From an uncultured Methanosarcinales archaeon (GTDB taxonomy: Archaea > Nanobdellota > Nanobdellia > Woesearchaeales > UBA11576), in NCBI GenBank assembly GCA_964563755.1, contig CAZLYC010000001.1:11548-75547 (forward strand): DNA of 64,000 nucleotides, written 5' to 3'. This document shows positions 38,452 to 47,524 of this stretch, in pieces; the first letter of the stretch is position 1; each line of letters begins with the position of its first letter. Under the pieces are notes generated by a model. That model searched no databases. It was not told where the DNA came from and saw nothing but the letters and a program-made list of their open reading frames with translations. Made by a program: the position numbers and the translations under genes.

Positions 38452-39141
38452 ATGGCAAAAAAATCATTCCTGCTAATATCCTTGAAAGAGAACAAGGCAA
38501 AGAAACTTGCAGAAGTCATAAGCAACAAGACCTGCAGGAATATACTTGATTATATGGCTGAAAAGAAAGATGCCACAGAGTCAGAGATATCGAAAGACCT
38601 GCAGATACCGATTTCTACTGTGCACTACAACATGAAAGCGCTTGTCGAAGCACGGCTTGTGAAAAGCGATGAATACCATTACAGCGAAAAAGGAAAGGAA
38701 GTCAGCCACTATAAGCTTGCCAATCAATACGTAATAATCGCGCCAGAAGGCGAGAAACAGATATTGCGGGAGAAGCTGAAATCAATAATACCAACTGCGC
38801 TCATAATGGCCACTGCTGCCGGGCTGATAAAGATGTTCTCAATTGGCAGCTTCGCACAGAAAGCCTCAGCGCCGATGCTCATGGGCGCTATGGAAGCCAC
38901 TGCAGATGAAGCAATGCAAGAGACCGCTAATGCAGGAGCAGATATGCTCATGGCAGAAGCAGCACCAGCGATGCAGAAAGCAGCCTTGCGAACTGTTGAA
39001 ACTGCTCCTCCTATCCGCGAGGCAATAAGCCAGACGCCGGAGATAGCATTGTGGTTCTTTATCGGTGCAGTATCTGGCGTAGCAATCTATCTATTAATAG
39101 AATTCATAATGAAAAAACTAAAGGAAAGACGAGAAGAATAA
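38452..39141 (+). CDS. Membrane-anchored ArsR-type winged-HTH regulator
   Basis: wHTH (CRNILDYMAEKKDATESEISKDLQIPISTVHYNMKALVEARLV) followed by a hydrophobic region and a C-terminal TM helix (IALWFFIGAVSGVAIYLLIEFI). Confidence 0.55.
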   Translation: MAKKSFLLISLKENKAKKLAEVISNKTCRNILDYMAEKKDATESEISKDLQIPISTVHYNMKALVEARLVKSDEYHYSEKGKEVSHYKLANQYVIIAPEGEKQILREKLKSIIPTALIMATAAGLIKMFSIGSFAQKASAPMLMGAMEATADEAMQETANAGADMLMAEAAPAMQKAALRTVETAPPIREAISQTPEIALWFFIGAVSGVAIYLLIEFIMKKLKERREE

Positions 39142-39150
39142 AGACAATAG

Positions 39151-40041
39151 GTGAGGCAAAAAATGAAACTCAAACAATCAATCATAATATTAGCATTAAT
39201 CGTTTCTGTGCTCCTAATAGGCTGCGCAAAGACAGAAATGAACGAACAGACTGTCTCTTCCAGAGCATACATGGGAAAATCACTGGTAATGCCTGCTGCT
39301 GAGCCGATGATGGATTATGCATCCGGCGAAGCTCGAAATTATGAATATGATGAAGAATCTGCAGGACAAGGCACCGCATCAACTGAAACAAAAATAATAA
39401 AGAATGCTTACCTCAACATAGAAGTCCAGGATTTTGCTATAGCGAGCCAGAAGGCAGAAGGCCTTGCGAAGAAATATAACGGATATCTCTCAAACTCAGA
39501 GGCCCGAACAGACCAAAATGACAAGCACAGCGGAACACTGACAATAAGAGTCGCTGACGAATTCTATGACGCGATAATAGCAGAGCTTTCGACATTAGGA
39601 GAAGTCAAATCAAAGACCCAGAACGCGGATGATGTCACAGAAGAATTCATAGACCTTGAAGCCAGACTCAACAACTCAAAGGCGCATGAGAAAAGGCTTC
39701 TTGAGATGTTCGAAGATGCAAAGAATGTCAATGAGATGCTACAGGTAGAAAGAGAATTGTCAAGAGTCAGGCAGGACATAGAGACAATGCAAGGAAGACT
39801 AAACTACCTAAAAAACAGAGTATCAATGTCTACAATAACAGTCTACATTTACGAAGAGACTCCTGTAGTGCAGGAATGGGGAATATGGCAGGCAATAAAA
39901 GACTCTCTCAACAACATGCTAGCTACACTCAGATGGCTGATAGAATTTGTAGGACTTGTACTGCCACTGTTGATATTCGGCGGAGCAATCTGGATGCTTA
40001 TCAGATGGATAAGACGAAAGAGAAGCAGCGTGAAAAAATAA
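39151..40041 (+). CDS. DUF4349-like lipoprotein with a C-terminal TM helix
   Basis: Lipobox LLIGC. The middle is helical/coiled (EEFIDLEARLNNSKAHEKRLLEMFEDAKNVNEMLQVERELSRVRQDIETMQGRLNYLKNRVSMSTITVYIYE), then a C-terminal TM. This architecture matches DUF4349. Confidence 0.5.
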   Translation: MRQKMKLKQSIIILALIVSVLLIGCAKTEMNEQTVSSRAYMGKSLVMPAAEPMMDYASGEARNYEYDEESAGQGTASTETKIIKNAYLNIEVQDFAIASQKAEGLAKKYNGYLSNSEARTDQNDKHSGTLTIRVADEFYDAIIAELSTLGEVKSKTQNADDVTEEFIDLEARLNNSKAHEKRLLEMFEDAKNVNEMLQVERELSRVRQDIETMQGRLNYLKNRVSMSTITVYIYEETPVVQEWGIWQAIKDSLNNMLATLRWLIEFVGLVLPLLIFGGAIWMLIRWIRRKRSSVKK

Positions 40042-40064
40042 AAAAAAGAGCCATACCTGAATAA

Positions 40065-43000
40065 TCATCCTGTGTAGTTCAGGAGATTATCCATAAGAAG
40101 CTGGCCCCAGGCAGTAGGCTCAAGAGACATGCCTACACCACATCCACCAGCAGAATAGTCAACTAAAAGATTTGGCGGGCAGCGCATATGGAAAGTCCAT
40201 GCAAGATAAGGGATTCTCAAATCCTGGGCACTATCAATAAGTTGCTGGCAATCATCCATGCTCATATATCCTGATGCCGGACCGAACTCACCTATTATCA
40301 CAGGGATTGACTGCGACGGATCCACAAAACGATCATTGAAAGTCGATGCCGGATCATATACGTGGACCTCATACGCTATATTATCCCCACCGTGTGCAGT
40401 TATAGGATGATCAACATAATATCCAAGAAAACGTGACCACCCACCTGTGCCCTGAACAGCAATAATGTGGTGTTGAGACCCTTCTGAATCCTCTGTCTCG
40501 CGTATAATACCGACCGTAGCGTTCATAGTTACCCACACTGCAGCATCAAGAGTGCCAGCATAATTCATCTCAGGCTCATTGACTAAACCAAACAGTACGT
40601 GAGATTCATTTGCAAATGTCGATGCAAGACGCTGCCATATCTGGCGGGTTCCATCTGTAGGCCAGCCATTAGAATCAAAAGTAGGATCTACCCAAAGCGA
40701 GAGCATGACATACACGCCCTGCTTAGTCCTTATGTGCTCCACAATCTCCACTATATCATCAAGATAATCCTGATCATCAAGCACACCCTGCCAATGGACT
40801 CTTCCCCCTGAATCAGCGTAACTCTCAAGAGCAAGACGTACAAAATCAGCGCCCCAAACATCAACAAGCAAATCTATCCTGCGCTTTACTTCTTCCACAT
40901 CAGGAGCATTCCAAGAGCATGCGTCACATGACCTTGTGTCGTGGATATTCGCTCCCCTTCCTACCCACACTTCTCCGTCAGAGTAAATCTTATTCCCCTG
41001 AGTGTAGAGCCAACCTGAAGTGTTGACTGTAGACTGAGTGGAGCATACATCATAACGCTCATGTATCCCTATCTCAAAACCATCATCCTGAATCCTGGAG
41101 TTTCCATAGAAATCCTCAAAGACAGGCACACTAGCTCCTGCACATATCGCTGGGCTTCCGGACTGGAGGCGGAAGTCATCACCCGCAGGATTCACAAGCA
41201 GAGGATTAGCATCAAGACTATGATTGTCCTGACCAAAACCAGACTGCCATCCAGACAAATTCAGATAGTTCCCGATTCCCAACCTCACAAATGTTGCGCC
41301 AGAAGTGCTATGAGTCATCAAGAGATTGTTATCAGAGTCCATCTTCGATACAGCGACAGATATCTCTTCTGTGCTTTGGTCACCGGGCTCAAACAGCAGG
41401 AATCTCGCATCATTCCCTGATATCTGTGTAGAAACAGCTATGTTGTTCCTAAGAACAACGGAATCAAAATCATCACCATAAAATCTTGCGAATGAAAACG
41501 TATCATCATAAGATGCGTATTGCAGATTGTTGTATATATTCACTCTCACTGCAGGAGGAGACGGGCTTAGTCCATCAGTATCTATCGAACATGCTATGGG
41601 CGTGTAGAAAATATTGTTCCGCACAGTCACATTTACTGCCCTTATCTGAATCCCTATAGGCGTCAAAAATCCAGAATTCCGCTCAAAAACATTCCGCTCA
41701 ACAACAACATCCCTTATACGCTCATCGTAATGATTGCTCTCCTCCCTGACCGTGACATACCAATCAGTCCCTCTGAAGATATTATCAGATATGACAACAT
41801 ATTGAGAATAAAAACCAGTGAATGCCTCGTCAAGGCTTGGCGCGTGAAGCTTAAGGGCATGCTGTGTTGCGCCAGGGTCACGAAGGACATTGTCGCTTAT
41901 GAATGCCTTCCCTGCATAAGGTATACGGACAACATGGTAGACTGAAGCGTTGAGTATTGCGTTGCCTATTATCGCTATGTTATTGCCACCATACCAAAAA
42001 TGCGCGCCAGAAGCGCTATTGTATATCCATGAATCCGCAACAGTTATGTCATGATTCTGGTGTATATTCTGCTGATGAATAAACACGCTTCCGCTGAAAT
42101 CGTGGATGTGCATACGTAAGATAAGATGCCTTGACTGCATACCGAAAGCCCTTATGGCGTTTGAACTTGAAATTCCTAACCCTTCCATCTCAAGATCAGA
42201 TATCCTCCAATCTGTGACTAGGCCGTTCTGAGAGAATTCAAAACCATGCCCTGCGTGAGCAGATATTATCTTCGGGGCATTCGCACATATTCCCCGTTCA
42301 TCAGGATCCAAACAAGAACCGTACGCGCCGATATGTCCAGGGCCTGCCCTGTTCACATATGCCCTGCTTGTAGTAGTCCAAACATCTCCACGCCTGAACA
42401 ATATCCTCCTGTTCGAACCAGCGACATTATCACTATCCTCATACAAAGGAAAATAATCCAGATGGTCTGAAGAATTCCCTGAAGGACAGCCAGTGAAATC
42501 TCCAGAATTGGAAACGCAGAATGTCCTTCCGACAGGAGGCATGAAAACTACTTCAGGATTCTGTATCTCAACATTGAAGCGCTGCGATGAACTGTTGCCT
42601 TGAATATCCCTTACAGTCAAGACAACCTCATGAGCGCCAACAGATTCAAAGACATGAGCAGCAACACCTCCTTTTGCAGAAGGATGCGTAGAACCTGTGT
42701 CGTCAAAATCCCACTCAAATTCAAGGTCATGGAATGGCCTTTCAATCCCTGCAGCAGAAGTCATAGAAGCGTCAAAGAATATCGAACAAGGAGCTACACA
42801 AGAGCTGCGAGATAAGCTTATGTTTATCGATATGTTTCCAGACACAGATGTATTGACAGGTACAGATGTGTTGCCTGACCCTATGATATCAGTCTCATTA
42901 TCTGAGTCAGGACCGCATCCGGGATCTCCTGAGTCAATCAAACCGTCAAAATCGTTATCTATCGTATCATTACATTCTGTCATTAAAACATCATAAGAAT

Positions 43001-43487
43001 CATCATCTGATACGGGATCAGGAGGAGCAACGCTACCGCTTCCACCGCCGCCTCCACCGCCACCAGAACTGCAGTAACAATCATAACGACAATTGTGACA
43101 ATCTTCACCCGCACCGCAAGAACCATCGCCGCAGTATCCTGTATCAGTCATATTACCTTGGCCAGCGTAGGCAATCACGGGCTTTACAACCAAAGGCAAT
43201 GTTTTTTTGGGATAAGGAGATACTGGAGAAGAAGAGTTATCTGTTGCTTTCGTAATCTCTTCTTGTATAACATCTTTCCCTTTATCGGACTCAGCAACAG
43301 GACTTCCGTCATTGAAATCATGCAATGCGCTTTTGTCGGGCTCTTTGTAAGAGAAAATAGCAAAACCTGACAGCATTCCGTCCTGCCATTGAAACGCGAC
43401 TAGAGTTATTACTATGATGACTGAGAAAAGCACAAAAAATTTTGAATATCTGCTTGTCAACACCATCTTTTCAACGAAAACATCCAA
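40065..43487 (-). CDS. Large secreted multidomain protein: Gly-rich linker, PKD-like domain, parallel beta-helix and a C-terminal GH5-like (cellulase-family) glycoside hydrolase
   Basis: N-terminal TM/signal (FFVLFSVIIVITLVAF), SSGGGGGGGGSGS, PKD-like block (FEWDFDDTG...HEVVLTVRDIQGNSS) and beta-helix repeats (IYNNLQY...VLRNNIAV). The C-terminal catalytic region has GH5-like motifs (LFGLVNEPEM; IIGEFGPASG). Confidence 0.65.
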   Translation of the reverse strand: MDVFVEKMVLTSRYSKFFVLFSVIIVITLVAFQWQDGMLSGFAIFSYKEPDKSALHDFNDGSPVAESDKGKDVIQEEITKATDNSSSPVSPYPKKTLPLVVKPVIAYAGQGNMTDTGYCGDGSCGAGEDCHNCRYDCYCSSGGGGGGGGSGSVAPPDPVSDDDSYDVLMTECNDTIDNDFDGLIDSGDPGCGPDSDNETDIIGSGNTSVPVNTSVSGNISINISLSRSSCVAPCSIFFDASMTSAAGIERPFHDLEFEWDFDDTGSTHPSAKGGVAAHVFESVGAHEVVLTVRDIQGNSSSQRFNVEIQNPEVVFMPPVGRTFCVSNSGDFTGCPSGNSSDHLDYFPLYEDSDNVAGSNRRILFRRGDVWTTTSRAYVNRAGPGHIGAYGSCLDPDERGICANAPKIISAHAGHGFEFSQNGLVTDWRISDLEMEGLGISSSNAIRAFGMQSRHLILRMHIHDFSGSVFIHQQNIHQNHDITVADSWIYNSASGAHFWYGGNNIAIIGNAILNASVYHVVRIPYAGKAFISDNVLRDPGATQHALKLHAPSLDEAFTGFYSQYVVISDNIFRGTDWYVTVREESNHYDERIRDVVVERNVFERNSGFLTPIGIQIRAVNVTVRNNIFYTPIACSIDTDGLSPSPPAVRVNIYNNLQYASYDDTFSFARFYGDDFDSVVLRNNIAVSTQISGNDARFLLFEPGDQSTEEISVAVSKMDSDNNLLMTHSTSGATFVRLGIGNYLNLSGWQSGFGQDNHSLDANPLLVNPAGDDFRLQSGSPAICAGASVPVFEDFYGNSRIQDDGFEIGIHERYDVCSTQSTVNTSGWLYTQGNKIYSDGEVWVGRGANIHDTRSCDACSWNAPDVEEVKRRIDLLVDVWGADFVRLALESYADSGGRVHWQGVLDDQDYLDDIVEIVEHIRTKQGVYVMLSLWVDPTFDSNGWPTDGTRQIWQRLASTFANESHVLFGLVNEPEMNYAGTLDAAVWVTMNATVGIIRETEDSEGSQHHIIAVQGTGGWSRFLGYYVDHPITAHGGDNIAYEVHVYDPASTFNDRFVDPSQSIPVIIGEFGPASGYMSMDDCQQLIDSAQDLRIPYLAWTFHMRCPPNLLVDYSAGGCGVGMSLEPTAWGQLLMDNLLNYTG

Positions 43488-43555
43488 AACAGTTATTCTC
43501 AGCTGTCCAGACCGCTGTTTAAATAATCGATGGTTGGCATGTTTACGAAAAGGCT

Positions 43556-43566
43556 AAGTTTAAATA
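43556..43566 (+). promoter_or_regulatory. TATA-box-like element (gtttaaataaa) about 25-35 nt upstream of the 43591 start
   Basis: An archaeal BRE/TATA-like A/T block at the expected distance. Confidence 0.4.
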
Positions 43567-43590
43567 AATAAACAAGGAGTATGTGAGACT

Positions 43591-44082
43591 ATGACTGCAG
43601 CAATAATAGTGACTGGAACTCCGGGCACAGGAAAGACGACAGTAGCGATGCAGCTAGCAAAGAGACTTAAGTATGAATATATCGACGTCAACAGAATAAT
43701 AAAAAATGAAAAGCTCAGCGAAGGATATGATCGCAAAAGACTATGCAAGATAATAGACATCAAGAAACTGAATAGAATTTTGGGCAAGATAATAAAGAAT
43801 TCCAAAAAAAAGGTTGTTATTGATTCTCACCTGTCACATCACCTGCCCGTAGAACTAGTTGATATGTGCGTGGTGACAAAGTGCAACCTTAAACTTTTGA
43901 ATATGAGACTCAAGAAACGAAAGTATCCTCTAAATAAGATAAAGGAAAACCTCCAATGCGAGATATTTGATGTGTGCCTGAACGAGGCGCATGAAAAAGG
44001 ACACAAGACAATCATATTTGATACCGATAGAAACCCTGATTATTCAATTTTAATAAAGAAAATAAAAAGAATAAAAAAATAA
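43591..44082 (+). CDS. Adenylate kinase isoenzyme 6 / Fap7-like P-loop NTPase
   Basis: Walker A IIVTGTPGTGKTT. Region VIDSHLSHHLPVELVDMCVVTKCN...KIKENLQCEIFDVCLNEA parallels archaeal AK6/Fap7. 163 aa. Confidence 0.7.
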   Translation: MTAAIIVTGTPGTGKTTVAMQLAKRLKYEYIDVNRIIKNEKLSEGYDRKRLCKIIDIKKLNRILGKIIKNSKKKVVIDSHLSHHLPVELVDMCVVTKCNLKLLNMRLKKRKYPLNKIKENLQCEIFDVCLNEAHEKGHKTIIFDTDRNPDYSILIKKIKRIKK

Positions 44083-44090
44083 AATATTCT

Positions 44091-45398
44091 TTACAGCGCG
44101 TCAAGCGATAGGACAATCGTGTTTGTACCCTTAACTTTCGCTTCTGTTCCTATCAGGAACTTTGCGCTGGCCTTCTCTGACGCCGCGACAACATCTGCAT
44201 CTACAGCACCATCCATGACTATCGCATAGACACCAGAACTTAGGCTGTTAAGCGTAGTTGCAAGCTCAGGTATAGGAACCTTTCCAAGTATAGTGAGCTT
44301 CTGGTCAAGTATGTATGCTCCCTTGGTGCCGATAAGATCCTCAATCATCTGCTTGAAAGACTTCTTCTCCTCATCAGACATCAAAGGACCTCTGGACGAA
44401 ACCCTGAGAGGCGCACGCTGCAAAGGCGGCCTGCCCATTGTCGGCAAAGGCTGCCTCATAGGCCTCTGAAAAGATGAAGGCGCTGTCGTAGCTGAAGACT
44501 GCTGCGTCCTTGGCGCAACATAACTTACTGGCGCAGATGGAGCTGGCTTTGGCATCGGCTTCTTGCCGACAAAATCATGCTTCGCCTGCTCAGCGACAAT
44601 CCTTGCCCTCAGGCACTTGTGGATTTCCTTCTGAGTTAGCTCCTCGACTTCCTTTCCGTCAGGCGCTTTTGTGAAGAAATCTATCTCAGCAACCTGTAAC
44701 AGCTCCTGGATATTAAGGTCTCCACCTCTGTCACCATCAACAAAAGCAGTCATTGTCTTCTGCCTTGAAAGATCTATGATTGTCTGAGGAACAGAACTTC
44801 CATTCATCGCAATCACGTTCTTGAAACCATGCTTAAGCAGGTTGAGAACATCTGCCCTTCCCTCTACGAGAATCACTTCTTCAGACTCTGCCACGCCCGG
44901 ACCTGCAGGAAGCCTGTCCTTGCCGTACTCGAGCACTTCCATCATCCTGACAGAATGAGCGACCTCGTCAGCTAGTTCCTGTGAATCAGGCAATACTGAT
45001 TCAGTTAGCTGCTTCAAGAGCTCCTTTGCCCTCTCGACAACGTAGCTTCTCTTCGAGATACGGACGTCCTCTATCTTCTGAACCTTTATCTTCGCATTGC
45101 AAGGACCTATCCTCTGGATTATCTCTAGAGCTGCTGCGATTATCGCAGTCTCTGCCTTGTCAAGGCTTGATGGTATTATTATCATACCTGCGGTCTTTCC
45201 CGCTTTTGTCTCTGTATTCACTTCTATCCTTCCTATCCTTCCTGAGCGCTGAAGCTCTCTGAGCTCTAGCTCATTTCCTAACAGTCCTTCTGTCTGGCCG
45301 AAAATCGCGCCTATAACATCTGGCCTGTCAACTACACCTTCAATCTCTATCATTGCGTGCACAATATATTTTGCTGAAACTTGGCTTATTTTTGCCAT
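44091..45398 (-). CDS. dnaG: Archaeal DnaG-type primase (TOPRIM; exosome-associated)
   Basis: N-terminal KYIVHAMIEIEGVVDRPDVIGAIFGQTEGLLG...LRELQRSGRIGRI is the archaeal DnaG signature. TOPRIM acidic motif (VILVEGRADVLNL). Pro/Ser-rich C-terminal tail. Confidence 0.85.
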   Translation of the reverse strand: MAKISQVSAKYIVHAMIEIEGVVDRPDVIGAIFGQTEGLLGNELELRELQRSGRIGRIEVNTETKAGKTAGMIIIPSSLDKAETAIIAAALEIIQRIGPCNAKIKVQKIEDVRISKRSYVVERAKELLKQLTESVLPDSQELADEVAHSVRMMEVLEYGKDRLPAGPGVAESEEVILVEGRADVLNLLKHGFKNVIAMNGSSVPQTIIDLSRQKTMTAFVDGDRGGDLNIQELLQVAEIDFFTKAPDGKEVEELTQKEIHKCLRARIVAEQAKHDFVGKKPMPKPAPSAPVSYVAPRTQQSSATTAPSSFQRPMRQPLPTMGRPPLQRAPLRVSSRGPLMSDEEKKSFKQMIEDLIGTKGAYILDQKLTILGKVPIPELATTLNSLSSGVYAIVMDGAVDADVVAASEKASAKFLIGTEAKVKGTNTIVLSLDAL

Positions 45399-45399
45399 A

Positions 45400-46227
45400 T
45401 CTTTTCACCTTTGTTGCTTAGCAGCATATCAGAATCCGAAGTGCAGAGCAAGCATGATACCTGCTCAATTGCATTTTATCTGAACTATAGAACAAGCTCC
45501 AATCATTCCCTTATCATTCGCTTAAACAAACATACAAACTTGAATGAAATGATGTGATGAGCATGAAAAACGAAACACTTTGTTCCGATAGTCCATTGAT
45601 ACTGATATGCGGTTATTTGTTGGATTAGCGCTTTAAAGCGCTTTTGTAATCATTAAAACAATTTAAAACGATTATAAAAAAGTTTGTCGCCCGAAACACT
45701 AACTCCCAAGCTCATAGCTTGATATTCATCGTTAGCTCCGTTGAGTACTCTCGTGTCGGGCTGTATTGCACAAGAGCGTCTTTAAATCCCTGCCAAACGT
45801 TTAGTCCAGCTCTTTAAACGACCCATTTGCGCAATCGGCGTATGAGTATCAATATGATTGATTCCTTTTTAAACCTTATCAAGTTCTTGTAAAGAGTCTA
45901 AGAAACCTACCAACTCACTGTTTTAAAACCCTGGCAGGACCCCTTGCGAGGCCCTGCTGGGAAAAAGAGGTGATCTTGATGAGTATAAAACCCAACAGAT
46001 ACTTGCGTATCTGCCGGGAAAAGAGGTGTTTAGACAGCTTAACATGAATTTTTGATTGTGTGATTTTGTTAAATTATTTGTTTCTATGTAGTAGTGAAAT
46101 ATAGGTAATATATAAACTTTTCGCTATTTTGCTACTTCTTAGTAATAAAATAACGTTTTGCGGGGTATAGGTATTTAAATAAGGGCAAATTGTTTGTTCC
46201 AATCAGCTCCAAAAACAGATCTGCACC
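45400..46227. other. Roughly 830-bp region without a plausible ORF, containing direct repeats and a perfect 16-nt palindrome
   Basis: Two copies of C(T/C)GGGAAAA(A)GAGGTG (about 45970 and 46017), a 7-bp hairpin CAGATAC-TTGC-GTATCTG, and the palindrome AGCGCTTTAAAGCGCT (about 45619-45634). Divergent dnaG and rio promoters must also lie here. Confidence 0.5.
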
Positions 46228-46929
46228 ATGAAACTAGGACAAGAAAAGTTCAAAACCTGGGGAAACGTATTCGACCAGCACAACATAAGAAACATCTTCG
46301 AACTAAGTTCTAAAGGACATTTCATAGGCCTAAAAAGCCCAATATCAATAGGCAAAGAGGCAAACATATTCACTGCAGAGACAGAGACAGGAGAACTCAA
46401 GATAGTAAAGATATACCGCCTTGAGACCTGCGACTTCAACAGGATGTATGATTACATCAAATACGACGCAAGATACATCAACCTCAAATCAAAGAAAAGG
46501 GACATAATATTCTCATGGGCGCAACGCGAGTTCAGGAACCTTATGAAAGCAAGAGAGGCAGGAGTGAGAGTGCCATTGCCGATAAAATGCAAGGACAACA
46601 TACTCATAATGGAAATGATAGGAGCAAAAGAGCCAGCACCGAAACTTAAGGACCAGTACCCTGAGGACCCGCAGAAATTCATGGAAAAAGTCATAGAGTA
46701 TGTAAAGAAATTATACAAGGCAGGGCTTGTCCATGGAGACCTATCCGAATTCAACATACTCAACAACAATGATCAGCCAGTATTCATAGACATGTCACAA
46801 GGGACAATAACAAGAAGCAACAATGCAATGGAACTTTTGACAAGAGATATAAAGAACTTGTGCAGATTTGCAAAAAAAATGGGTCTGAAATACGAACAAG
46901 AAGAAATCATGAAGAAAATCACAGGCTAA
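46228..46929 (+). CDS. rio: RIO-type serine protein kinase
   Basis: LVHGDLSEFNIL catalytic loop, an IGKEANIF nucleotide-binding region and a flexible-loop region. 233 aa. Confidence 0.8.
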   Translation: MKLGQEKFKTWGNVFDQHNIRNIFELSSKGHFIGLKSPISIGKEANIFTAETETGELKIVKIYRLETCDFNRMYDYIKYDARYINLKSKKRDIIFSWAQREFRNLMKAREAGVRVPLPIKCKDNILIMEMIGAKEPAPKLKDQYPEDPQKFMEKVIEYVKKLYKAGLVHGDLSEFNILNNNDQPVFIDMSQGTITRSNNAMELLTRDIKNLCRFAKKMGLKYEQEEIMKKITG

Positions 46930-46933
46930 AAGA

Positions 46934-47524
46934 ATGGACGAATTCGAATACGCATACGAGCTGAAGATACCTAAAGACAGGATAGCTGCGCTAATAGGCA
47001 AAGGCGGAGAGATGAAGAGAAAGATAGAGTTAGAGACCAGCACTAACGTATTCATAGACTCTAAAGAAGGCGACGTGAGGATAAGCGGAAAAGACAGCCT
47101 CGGACTCTTCAGCGCAAGAGAGATAATAAAAGCGATAGCAAGAGGATTCAGTCCTGAGACGGCATTGAACATACTCAAATCAGATTATGCACTTGAAGTG
47201 CTTAGCATAGCAGACTACGTAGGCAAGTCAAAAAAGACCGCGATGAGGCTCAAAGCAAGAGTAATAGGAACAGAAGGAAAGACAAGAAAGTACATAGAAG
47301 ACACGACAGAAACAAATATATGCATCTACGGAAAGACGATAGGCATAATAGGAGAAGTCGAGCATATGATGCTCGCAAGACGCGCGATAGAAAACCTTCT
47401 TGCGGGAGCGACACACTCATCAGTATACCAATGGCTTGAGCGCAAGAAAAAAGAGCTTGAGAGAAACAGGATGCTAGGGATACCTAATATAGAACTAAAA
47501 GAGGGGTTCAAGGACGATGACTAA
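46934..47524 (+). CDS. KH-domain RNA-binding protein (Dim2/Pno1-like), classically paired with RIO kinase
   Basis: Two KH-like GxxG segments (IGKGGEMKRKIE; IGTEGKTRKYIE). Immediately follows rio. Confidence 0.7.
   Translation: MDEFEYAYELKIPKDRIAALIGKGGEMKRKIELETSTNVFIDSKEGDVRISGKDSLGLFSAREIIKAIARGFSPETALNILKSDYALEVLSIADYVGKSKKTAMRLKARVIGTEGKTRKYIEDTTETNICIYGKTIGIIGEVEHMMLARRAIENLLAGATHSSVYQWLERKKKELERNRMLGIPNIELKEGFKDDD

Noticed and set aside
45400-46227. RNase P RNA or SRP RNA in the long non-coding region
   Set aside because: I could not find the P4 AGGAAAGUCC-like core or the SRP helix-8 GGAAG/GNAR signatures on either strand by eye. A covariance-model scan is needed before excluding them.
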